Positions 8,469 through 15,547 of a stretch of DNA of 33,611 nt are shown one piece after another; the first letter of the stretch is position 1, and each line of letters starts with the position of its first letter. A program made the translations under genes and the position numbers. The stretch spans positions 1 through 33,611 of the forward strand of contig DAHXOS010000014.1 in assembly GCA_027364775.1 (NCBI GenBank), in the 5' to 3' direction. The notes below the pieces were generated by a model. It searched no databases and was not told the origin of the DNA. It saw only the letters and a program-made list of their open reading frames with translations. Origin of the DNA: a bacterium (GTDB taxonomy: Bacteria; Patescibacteriota; Microgenomatia; Daviesbacterales; UBA10151).

Positions 8469-9289
8469 GATATATGACTTCCAGCATGTAGGTATGTTGC
8501 TAAACTTGAGCCTAACTTTACACCTAGAGGATTAAATGGATAAATCTGGTTACTTGTATTTTTATCAGAATATAGGACAAAACAATTCCTATCTAAATCT
8601 AGCCATTCTTCAATAATAAATGGGAAAGGAGTTTTATCATTTTTGCAATCTATGTTTAAAACTTCTGGTCTAAGATTAAATGTACATGGAGGATAAGCTC
8701 TCAGTTCAATAAATTCACCTGGAATATTCCTATCAAAATAATGATTCACTCGTTTTTGAAAATCTGGCATTGACTGAATTATTCTGTGAGTTAATTCAGC
8801 AGTAAACGTTTGCGCTAACCATGGACCTTGTCCATTCACCTGCTGCCAAGATGGCGTATATAATTCTGGTCTTTTATAGAATTCATCAAATGCATGATGT
8901 TTTTGCTCTATCCATGCATGAGTACCATGAAGATCAGGGTTTTTCACTAACCAATTAATAAGGTCAATCGCCCTTTCTTCTACTTTTTCTTTTATAGTCT
9001 GATTTTGTGATGGTTCTGAAGTACACACCCATACATCTAAATCCGAGCTAACACGAGGGAAAATATGTCGACCGGATCTATTAAGTATTTTAAGATAAGC
9101 TTCTAGTAAAGGTGTACTATGTTCAATAGTATAACAAGGGGCGAGAGATATCTTCTGTGCTAAGCTACCAGTAATCAAAACACCCGTAACATCAGGATAT
9201 TTTTTAGATAAATCAGCAACAGTATCTTTCAAAACACATAATTCTTCTGGTTTTAAAAACACACTTAAAAAGGATTGTTGAAGTTCCAT
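8465..9289 (-). CDS. Pol-beta superfamily nucleotidyltransferase-like protein (atypical, 274 aa)
   Basis: GVLITGSLAQ (hG[GS]) and SSDLDVWV (DxD) signatures are separated by 40 residues, followed by a ~170-aa C-terminal region of unknown fold. Confidence 0.65.
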   Translation of the reverse strand: MELQQSFLSVFLKPEELCVLKDTVADLSKKYPDVTGVLITGSLAQKISLAPCYTIEHSTPLLEAYLKILNRSGRHIFPRVSSDLDVWVCTSEPSQNQTIKEKVEERAIDLINWLVKNPDLHGTHAWIEQKHHAFDEFYKRPELYTPSWQQVNGQGPWLAQTFTAELTHRIIQSMPDFQKRVNHYFDRNIPGEFIELRAYPPCTFNLRPEVLNIDCKNDKTPFPFIIEEWLDLDRNCFVLYSDKNTSNQIYPFNPLGVKLGSSLATYLHAGSHIS

Positions 9290-9334
9290 CTTTCTTCTGA
9301 TGGAATGATACTATAGAAATCAATCTAGGTCAAA

Positions 9335-9829
9335 CTATGTGGATTTATTAAAACTAACTAATTCATTTATTACTCTCTTAGTTATGTCCCATTGTCCAGG
9401 AAATATTAAATATTTAGGTAAATCCTTAATCGAAACCCATTTAACGTTTTTTAGTTCACTTCGGTCTGGAATTAGATCTTTATCACTATTGTACTTAACT
9501 AAAAATTGACTTTGTTCCTGTCCTTTAAACTTTTCACCCTTCTTTTCGAATCTCGACACTATAAATTTATCCGGCCAATCATATTTTGTCTTATATTTAC
9601 TTTCAGCAATTATTTCAAAATCCGATGATCCTAATTCTTCTTTTAACTCTCTAAGTAAAGCCTTGCCAAGAGTTTCACCTGGATCAACCCCTCCACCAGG
9701 TAGTCTCCACTCATTTTCCTGATAATCCACCATTTGCACAACCAATACTTGGTTTTTATTATTCAGGACAAGTCCAATTACCCCTTGTCTATAGGGATAT
9801 GTTTTTTTATTGTTAAGCAAATCATTCAA
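9335..9829 (-). CDS. Nudix hydrolase
   Basis: Nudix box G-x5-E-x7-REUxEExG reads as GGVDPGETLGKALLRELKEELG. TTG start according to the track. Confidence 0.85.
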   Translation of the reverse strand: MNDLLNNKKTYPYRQGVIGLVLNNKNQVLVVQMVDYQENEWRLPGGGVDPGETLGKALLRELKEELGSSDFEIIAESKYKTKYDWPDKFIVSRFEKKGEKFKGQEQSQFLVKYNSDKDLIPDRSELKNVKWVSIKDLPKYLIFPGQWDITKRVINELVSFNKST

Positions 9830-9847
9830 ATCTATATTATATAGATT
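9829..9847. promoter_or_regulatory. Perfect 9-bp inverted repeat AATCTATAT-T-ATATAGATT abutting the Nudix start codon; contains a minus-strand TATAAT (9836-9841)
   Basis: Read directly; arms 9829-9837 and 9839-9847 are exact reverse complements. Confidence 0.35.
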
Positions 9848-9940
9848 AACAGGATTAATATGAAAATACCATTATTTGGTTTACACTTTGATGTTAAAAT
9901 AAATACGTTGAATTACTTATAAAAGTAATAAGTATTTATA

Positions 9941-11200
9941 ATGGCAATGGCAAAAAATAATAGTAATCAATATATTCTTCCGGATTATTTAAATCCCAAT
10001 CTTCTAGCTTTACCATCAACTATACTAAATTTTTTTGGTATTCAGCCCTTAAGAAAACCTTTGTCAGAAAAATATTTCATTGGTAGTAGAGATTCAGATA
10101 AGCTAATTATTTTCTTGTTTGATGGGCTAGGTCATAATCTATATCAAAGAGTTGCTAAGAAATACTCTTTTTTTAAAACACTATCAAGTAAAGGTGTTTA
10201 TAATAAATTAACAACTGTCTTTCCTTCTACCACTTCAGCCGCAATTACTTCAATTTGTAGTGAACTATCTCCTCAGGAACATGGATTACCTGAATGGTAT
10301 CTATATTTTAGAGAACTAGATGTAATACTTAAAAGCTTACCCTTCAGTCCGGTTTTCTCCAAAGATGAATCTAAAATTACGCATTCTTCATCTAAAATGT
10401 TATTTAACAAACGAACTATCTTTGAAAAATTAAAGGAAAATGATATTCCATCCTATATATTATTACCTCAACCATTAGATAGTAATTTTTATAATCTTCA
10501 GGTAAATTTTGGTGGAATTATTACCCCTTATATAACATATCCACAACTTATGGTGAATCTAAGAAATTTAGTAAATCATACTAAGGGAAAAGCATTGTTT
10601 TATATTTATATTTCAGCCATTGATAGCATCGGGCATAAGTTTGGGCCTCAATCAGAAGAGTTAAGGGCTGAAATATCTACACTTTCGTATCTGTTGGAAA
10701 AAGAGTTTATCAATAAAATAACTCAGTCAGAACTTTCAAGAACTACTTTATTTTTAACTGCTGACCATGGTTTAACAAGTGTTAATCCCCATAAAACTTT
10801 TTACTTAGAAACAATACAAGGATTTGATGATTTATTAGAAGTAAGTTCTAATGAGCAACTCATTCTTCCCACTGGAAATAGTAGGGATGTTTTTTTACAT
10901 ATAAAGCCAAGACTACTTGAATATGCTATAGATTTATTGGTAAAGAATTTACCTCAGGGAACTAGAGTTTTAAAAATCTCAGAGTGTGTAGAAAAAGGTT
11001 GGTTTGGAAGTGGAAATATGCACGAAGAGTTTATGAGTAGAATTGGTAATTTGTTAATTCTTCCTGCAAAGAATAATACGGTTTGGTATCATTATTTACC
11101 CAAAATTCATTACCAACATTTAGGCGCCCATGGAGGACAAAGTGAGGACGAAATGTTTATTCCATTTATTAGTACTAAACTATCCACTATTATAAAATAA
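9941..11200 (+). CDS. Alkaline-phosphatase superfamily enzyme, nucleotide pyrophosphatase/phosphodiesterase (NPP)-like
   Basis: Metal and nucleophile motifs in order: FDGLG, FPSTTS (Thr nucleophile), SAIDSIGHKFGP, TADHG, GAHGG. Confidence 0.8.
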   Translation: MAMAKNNSNQYILPDYLNPNLLALPSTILNFFGIQPLRKPLSEKYFIGSRDSDKLIIFLFDGLGHNLYQRVAKKYSFFKTLSSKGVYNKLTTVFPSTTSAAITSICSELSPQEHGLPEWYLYFRELDVILKSLPFSPVFSKDESKITHSSSKMLFNKRTIFEKLKENDIPSYILLPQPLDSNFYNLQVNFGGIITPYITYPQLMVNLRNLVNHTKGKALFYIYISAIDSIGHKFGPQSEELRAEISTLSYLLEKEFINKITQSELSRTTLFLTADHGLTSVNPHKTFYLETIQGFDDLLEVSSNEQLILPTGNSRDVFLHIKPRLLEYAIDLLVKNLPQGTRVLKISECVEKGWFGSGNMHEEFMSRIGNLLILPAKNNTVWYHYLPKIHYQHLGAHGGQSEDEMFIPFISTKLSTIIK

Positions 11201-11276
11201 CTCTATTTTGCAGGCATCTAAAACTAAGTTCAAATCTTTTGGCCAACTTCAGATGAACAATTATATATATTCCTAA

Positions 11277-11858
11277 TTATTTAATAATAGTCTTATTTTT
11301 AATTCTATATAAAGAGTGACCACTTCTTTTCCTTATGAGTTGTAAATCTAAATTGTATTTTGATCCAAGTCTGGAAATTAAATGATTTAGCGCATTTACA
11401 ACAACAATCCAGAGTTCACCATCTTTATTAAGATGTTTAAGAGGAGTAAGAATAAACTCTTGAGTAATTGCTTCATCACCTATTTTTGCAGGGATATTGG
11501 AAACAATAAGATCAAACTTCTTATCATAAACTTTTTCCATTCCAATACTACCAATTGCAATGGCGTTGGTGACCTTATTTTTCTTAATATTGGTATTTGT
11601 GTATCTAACAGCCAATAAATTTGCATCTACCATAGTGACATATGAGTTTGGATTTGATTTGGCTAAAATAATTCCTATAGGACCATATCCACAACCAATA
11701 TCTAAAATAATTTTGGGGCTGTTTATGACCATATGACGAATCAACATATCAGTTCCATGATCTATTGCAAAAGTAGAGAACAATTCATTTGCAACGTCAA
11801 AAACAAAGTTTATCCCTTTAAATGGATAAACTACTTCTTTCTTAAAATACACATCCAT
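11277..11858 (-). CDS. Class I SAM-dependent methyltransferase, RsmC/RlmG-like small-domain type
   Basis: Motif I ILDIGCGYGPIG and motif IV-like DLIVSNIPA. Confidence 0.75.
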   Translation of the reverse strand: MDVYFKKEVVYPFKGINFVFDVANELFSTFAIDHGTDMLIRHMVINSPKIILDIGCGYGPIGIILAKSNPNSYVTMVDANLLAVRYTNTNIKKNKVTNAIAIGSIGMEKVYDKKFDLIVSNIPAKIGDEAITQEFILTPLKHLNKDGELWIVVVNALNHLISRLGSKYNLDLQLIRKRSGHSLYRIKNKTIIK

Positions 11859-11864
11859 TGGGTG

Positions 11865-11873
11865 AGTATAACA
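11865..11873 (-). promoter_or_regulatory. Extended -10 element TGTTATACT, 6 nt upstream of the methyltransferase ATG (11858)
   Basis: Minus strand reads TGTTATACT-CACCCA-ATG. Confidence 0.4.
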
Positions 11874-11984
11874 AACTTTAGTTCAAAAATTTGCATCAAA
11901 AAGACTGTAGAGGGATATTTTGATATAAGTACTTGAAGTTAAATTAATTGGTTGGTAATGGTTGATTATGCTGAAACTTATTAT

Positions 11985-12209
11985 TTAGGGATTATTTAAA
12001 ATTCCACCTGTTACTGAATAAATAAGTTTAAGTTGAATAATTAAAAAAACTATTGTGATTACAAGAACTATTAGTGCAAATTTTGACCAATGGAACTTTT
12101 TATTTTTTACATCTAGAATTGTTCCAATTAGTAAGAATATCAAACTGCCAGGTATTGCCCAAGGAGTAATATACGCAATTAAACTTGCTATTGTTAAATA
12201 AGTTTCCAT
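11985..12209 (-). CDS. Small membrane protein (74 aa, two predicted TM segments)
   Basis: ORF track; hydrophobic composition only. Confidence 0.4.
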   Translation of the reverse strand: METYLTIASLIAYITPWAIPGSLIFLLIGTILDVKNKKFHWSKFALIVLVITIVFLIIQLKLIYSVTGGILNNP

Positions 12210-12266
12210 CTAAATTTAGAGTAGCAAAAAGTTCTGACACAGTACAATAGGGCTACCCTGAAAAAG

Positions 12267-12337
12267 CTGCGGGACTTGGATTCGGACCAAGATTTTCGGT
12301 TTCAGAGACCGGCGATCTACCATTAATCTATCCCGCA
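12267..12337 (-). tRNA. tRNA-Gln (anticodon CUG), CCA not encoded
   Basis: Hand-folded cloverleaf. Acceptor TGCGGGA/TCCCGCA with U1-A72 and discriminator G73, as in bacterial tRNA-Gln. D arm GAT-TAATGGTAG-ATC. Anticodon arm CCGGT-CTCTGAA-ACCGA with anticodon at 12303-12305. T arm CTTGG-TCCGAAT-CCAAG. Oddities are C at position 55 and a C27/A43 mismatch. Confidence 0.75.
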
Positions 12338-13029
12338 AGATATTCCTTAAAAGAAATTAATTTTCTGAATGATTCTACTTCATTTTTTTTACGAAGTCTA
12401 ATCGCATAATCTCTTACTTCAGGATTATATCCTAATTTGAATAAAGCTTGTTGAACTGAATCTAATAAGTATCTATTATTATTTCTGAAAGCAAAATTAT
12501 AGGTGCCCGTTGGAAGGTGTAAGTTCAGGGAACCTTCTGCTTCGAAAGCACCCTTTAAGTAGCTGATTAAGTATTTATTATTATTTAAAATCCATCTTGG
12601 CATTTGAAATTCAAAAAATGTTCTATTACCAGTTGGTATATGGGTTCTTTTGGATATAAATTTTTGATAAAGACTAATTCTGACTGCATTTGTTCCACGA
12701 ATTCGTGAAGTTACAGGAGATTTACCAAAAACCGTTACTACTAAATCTACCCAATGTTGGATCATTTCTGGATAGTTAGCATTAGCAACTAGGATAAGTC
12801 GTTCTGTTCTTGGAAATTTACTAATATTTCCATCACCCAATATAACTCCAATTAATTCAGCAAACTCAACTGAATGAGTAAGTTTGGGGTAGCTGGAAGG
12901 AATTTTTCCTATAACCCTCATGGAATCTCTCCAGATTTTAAAGTTATCAAGATGTTTGCGTTTAAAAGTTTGAGAAATTTTATAAGCTCTGAGAGAAGAT
13001 TCTTGAGCTAGCTTCTTATTATCAGGCAC
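12328..13029 (-). CDS. Double-motif LAGLIDADG homing endonuclease
   Basis: Two LAGLIDADG motifs, ELIGVILGDGNISK and YLKGAFEAEGSL. GTG start. The last four codons plus the TAG stop are tRNA-Gln positions 1-10. Confidence 0.85.
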   Translation of the reverse strand: MPDNKKLAQESSLRAYKISQTFKRKHLDNFKIWRDSMRVIGKIPSSYPKLTHSVEFAELIGVILGDGNISKFPRTERLILVANANYPEMIQHWVDLVVTVFGKSPVTSRIRGTNAVRISLYQKFISKRTHIPTGNRTFFEFQMPRWILNNNKYLISYLKGAFEAEGSLNLHLPTGTYNFAFRNNNRYLLDSVQQALFKLGYNPEVRDYAIRLRKKNEVESFRKLISFKEYLAG

Positions 13030-13035
13030 AGTCTA

Positions 13036-13044
13036 ATTGTAGCA
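13036..13044 (-). promoter_or_regulatory. Extended -10 element TGCTACAAT, 6 nt upstream of the LAGLIDADG GTG
   Basis: Minus strand reads TGCTACAAT-TAGACT-GTG. Confidence 0.3.
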
Positions 13045-13059
13045 CAAAAACTGATCTGA

Positions 13060-13080
13060 CTACCATTAGACGATCCCGCA
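13060..13080 (-). repeat. Orphan 21-nt tRNA-Gln 5' fragment (acceptor 5' strand plus D-stem/loop): TGCGGGATCGTCTAATGGTAG
   Basis: Matches positions 1-21 of the intact tRNA except positions 9, 11 and 12. The sequence that follows does not continue a cloverleaf. Confidence 0.6.
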
Positions 13081-13082
13081 AG

Positions 13083-13316
13083 GTGAGTGTGGTAATTTTA
13101 TCAGAAATTGAGGCTATAAACAAAAGTAATAATTTTGCTATTATATCTATTATGTCTACAAAAACCTGGGTTATGGTAGGAATGACCATTGGTTCTTTTG
13201 GCGGTAGTTACTTACCTGTAGTTTTTGGAGTAGATCCCTTTTCCTTCACTACAATTTTAACCGGTGCAGTTGGGGGAATAATTGGAGTATTTATTGGGTT
13301 TAAGCTATCAAATTGA
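13083..13316 (+). CDS. Small glycine-rich membrane protein (possibly starting at ATG 13153)
   Basis: ORF track; hydrophobic, Gly-zipper-like C-terminal half. Confidence 0.4.
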   Translation: MSVVILSEIEAINKSNNFAIISIMSTKTWVMVGMTIGSFGGSYLPVVFGVDPFSFTTILTGAVGGIIGVFIGFKLSN

Positions 13317-13368
13317 AAAAGTTACCATTATTTTGTTAATCTACTAAGAGTTTTTTAATGGAGAAAAT

Positions 13369-13827
13369 ATGGAAGTATTTGAACAGATTAAAAAATTATT
13401 AAATAAAAATAATATTGAATATCAACTCTTGGAACATGAAGAGGTCAGGACTAGTGAACAGGCAGCAAGAATAAGGGGTGTAGATTTAAAGACCGGAGCG
13501 AAAGCTATGGTTATAAAGACTAAGGAAAATTATTATTTAATAGTTTTACCCGCAGATAAAAGAATAGATTTTAAAAAAGTAAAAAATCTTTTGGAAGTAA
13601 AAGAAATTAGATTTGCAACAGAGCAAGAAGCTGAAAATTTAACTAAAGTAAAAATGGGCTCTGTTCCTCCTTTTGGAAATATTTTAAAATTAAAAACCTA
13701 TTTTGATAAAGGAATTTTGGAAATTGATAAAGTTAATTTTAACCCCGGCAGCAAGAGACACAGTATACAAATGAGCGCTAAAGATTTAATATCTTTAGTG
13801 AAACCGGAAATTGTTGAGGTTGTATAA
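13369..13827 (+). CDS. YbaK/ProX-type aminoacyl-tRNA deacylase (editing domain protein)
   Basis: GGAG SD 6 nt upstream. Family pattern including KTGAKAMV and MGSVPPFG. Confidence 0.8.
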   Translation: MEVFEQIKKLLNKNNIEYQLLEHEEVRTSEQAARIRGVDLKTGAKAMVIKTKENYYLIVLPADKRIDFKKVKNLLEVKEIRFATEQEAENLTKVKMGSVPPFGNILKLKTYFDKGILEIDKVNFNPGSKRHSIQMSAKDLISLVKPEIVEVV

Positions 13828-13829
13828 AA

Positions 13830-15155
13830 ATGGAATTTAGAAAACAAAGGATACTATCACCAGATTTAAAAAACCATGTTGGTCAGGTAGTGACTATTAT
13901 GGGTTGGTTATATAAAAAAAGAGAGATGGGGGGTCTTAACTTTTTAATCATTAGGGACAGAGGTGGTTTGATTCAAGCATTAGTAGAAGACAAGCAAGAA
14001 ATTCAAAAACTAGATGGTTTACAAATAGGTACGGTAGTTAGGGTTAGCGGTAAAGTAGTAGAAGAAATCAGAGCTTCTGGAGGAGTAGAATTGCACGATC
14101 CAATTTTAGAAGTGGAAGTTGCTGTTAGCGATGTTCCGCCTATTGAGGTAGATAAAGCAATTGATCATAATCCTGAAAATTTTTCTACTCTTTTTGATAA
14201 CCGGGTTTTAAATATGCGAAATGTTACCGAACAGGGAATTTTTAAAATTCAATCAGGAGTTGCTGATGCAATAAGGGAATATTTAAAATCTCAAGATTTT
14301 ACTGAATTTAGATCGCCAAAATTACTCCCAGGTTCAACTGAAGGAGGAGCAGAAGTTTTTAAATTAGATTATTTTGGTAAAGAAGCAACCCTGGCTCAAT
14401 CAGCCCAATTTTACAAACAAATAATGGTTGGGGCTTTTGAAAGAGCTTTTGAATTTGGGGCAACTTACAGAGCTGAACCTTCAATGACTACCCGTCATAT
14501 GACTGAATTTACAACAGTAGATGTCGAGATGGGATTTATTGAGGGGGTAGAGGATTTATACAAATTGTTAGGTAAGTTAATTAATTATGTAGTAGAGCAG
14601 GTTTGGCAAAAATATGAAAAAGAATTAACAGCTTTAAAAGCTGAACAACCTATTTTAACAGATGAACTTCCTCAGATAACAATGAACAATCTACACGAAC
14701 TTTACTTAAAAGAAACCGGTAAAGATTTTACTAATGAAAAAGATCCATCCCCTGAAGAAGAAAGATTTATATCTGAGTATTCAGCAAAAAACTGGGGATC
14801 GGAGGCGGTTTTAATTACCGATTTTCCTTCATCAGATATGAAATTTTATCATCATGTTTCGGAGAAAAACCCGGAAGTAGTTGACCGGGCAGATTTAATC
14901 TTTAGAGGGGTAGAAATAGTTACGGTTACCAGACGTGAACACAGATATGAAAGACTAATTGAACAATTAAAAGCAATTGGGGGGAATCCGGAACATCCCG
15001 GTTTTAAATATTACCTTCAAGCTTTTAAATATGGTATGCCTTCTCATGGAGGATTCGGGTTAGGTTTAGAAAGGTTGACACAAAAAATTATTGGTTTGGG
15101 TAATGTAAAAGAAGCGACATTATTTCCAAGAGATACTAACAGGCTAGCTCCATAA
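13830..15155 (+). CDS. aspS: Aspartate--tRNA ligase, archaeal/eukaryal-type (441 aa)
   Basis: Class IIb motifs: motif 2 YRAEPSMTTRHMTEF and motif 3 GGFGLGLERL. N-terminal OB anticodon-binding domain. Lacks the bacterial insertion domain. Confidence 0.95.
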   Translation: MEFRKQRILSPDLKNHVGQVVTIMGWLYKKREMGGLNFLIIRDRGGLIQALVEDKQEIQKLDGLQIGTVVRVSGKVVEEIRASGGVELHDPILEVEVAVSDVPPIEVDKAIDHNPENFSTLFDNRVLNMRNVTEQGIFKIQSGVADAIREYLKSQDFTEFRSPKLLPGSTEGGAEVFKLDYFGKEATLAQSAQFYKQIMVGAFERAFEFGATYRAEPSMTTRHMTEFTTVDVEMGFIEGVEDLYKLLGKLINYVVEQVWQKYEKELTALKAEQPILTDELPQITMNNLHELYLKETGKDFTNEKDPSPEEERFISEYSAKNWGSEAVLITDFPSSDMKFYHHVSEKNPEVVDRADLIFRGVEIVTVTRREHRYERLIEQLKAIGGNPEHPGFKYYLQAFKYGMPSHGGFGLGLERLTQKIIGLGNVKEATLFPRDTNRLAP

Positions 15156-15265
15156 GTTTTGGGTCCTAAGTATAAAAGCAAGAACTTTTTTAAAACAAAC
15201 TTTTTCTTGATTATATTTTCAAAAATAGATCAATAGGAAAAATTGGATTTTAAGAAAAAAGGTAA

Positions 15266-15505
15266 TTATCTGGGCAGAGGGGGTTTAATTTTTACCACCC
15301 TGATATTTTCAATAGTGTTAACATAGTAATTTTTTAGCTGGTAATCGTTACTATCGATATAATTTTTAACCTTTTGTGTAGCTTTGGCGCTGCCTACAGT
15401 GAGTGTAATGTTTATTAAAATCAGAGAGAGAAAAACTGTTACCGATACAAGAAATGTCTTTTTATCTTCAATTTTCATAGATAGAGTATGCCATTTAGAT
15501 CTCAA
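15266..15505 (-). CDS. Small single-TM protein
   Basis: ORF track; one hydrophobic segment. Confidence 0.35.
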   Translation of the reverse strand: MRSKWHTLSMKIEDKKTFLVSVTVFLSLILINITLTVGSAKATQKVKNYIDSNDYQLKNYYVNTIENIRVVKIKPPLPR

Positions 15506-15547
15506 ATAATTATACCAAATTTAGAATATCTTGATCAAATTTTAAGA

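Larger units (their letters stand above)
12328..13082 (-). mobile_element. Free-standing homing-endonuclease cassette bracketed by 23-nt direct repeats of the tRNA-Gln 5' end
   Basis: 12317-12339 and 13060-13082 share 20 of 23 nt (CTACCATTA..ATCCCGCAAG on the plus strand), 743 bp apart, and enclose only the LAGLIDADG ORF. Confidence 0.5.

Noticed and set aside
9941-11200. AlkP-superfamily protein as a PglZ/BREX component
   Set aside because: The motifs (FDGLG, PSTT, DSIGHKFG, ADHG, GAHGG) fit the NPP/phosphodiesterase family. No other BREX genes (PglX, BrxC, BrxL and so on) are in the window.
12328-13082. LAGLIDADG ORF as part of a group I intron, or other intron, interrupting a tRNA
   Set aside because: Only 30 nt lie between the tRNA 5' fragment and the ORF start, and none between the ORF end and the intact tRNA. 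There is no space for a ribozyme core. Joining the fragment to the downstream tRNA body would mispair the D stem (GTC against ATC). The downstream tRNA is complete on its own.
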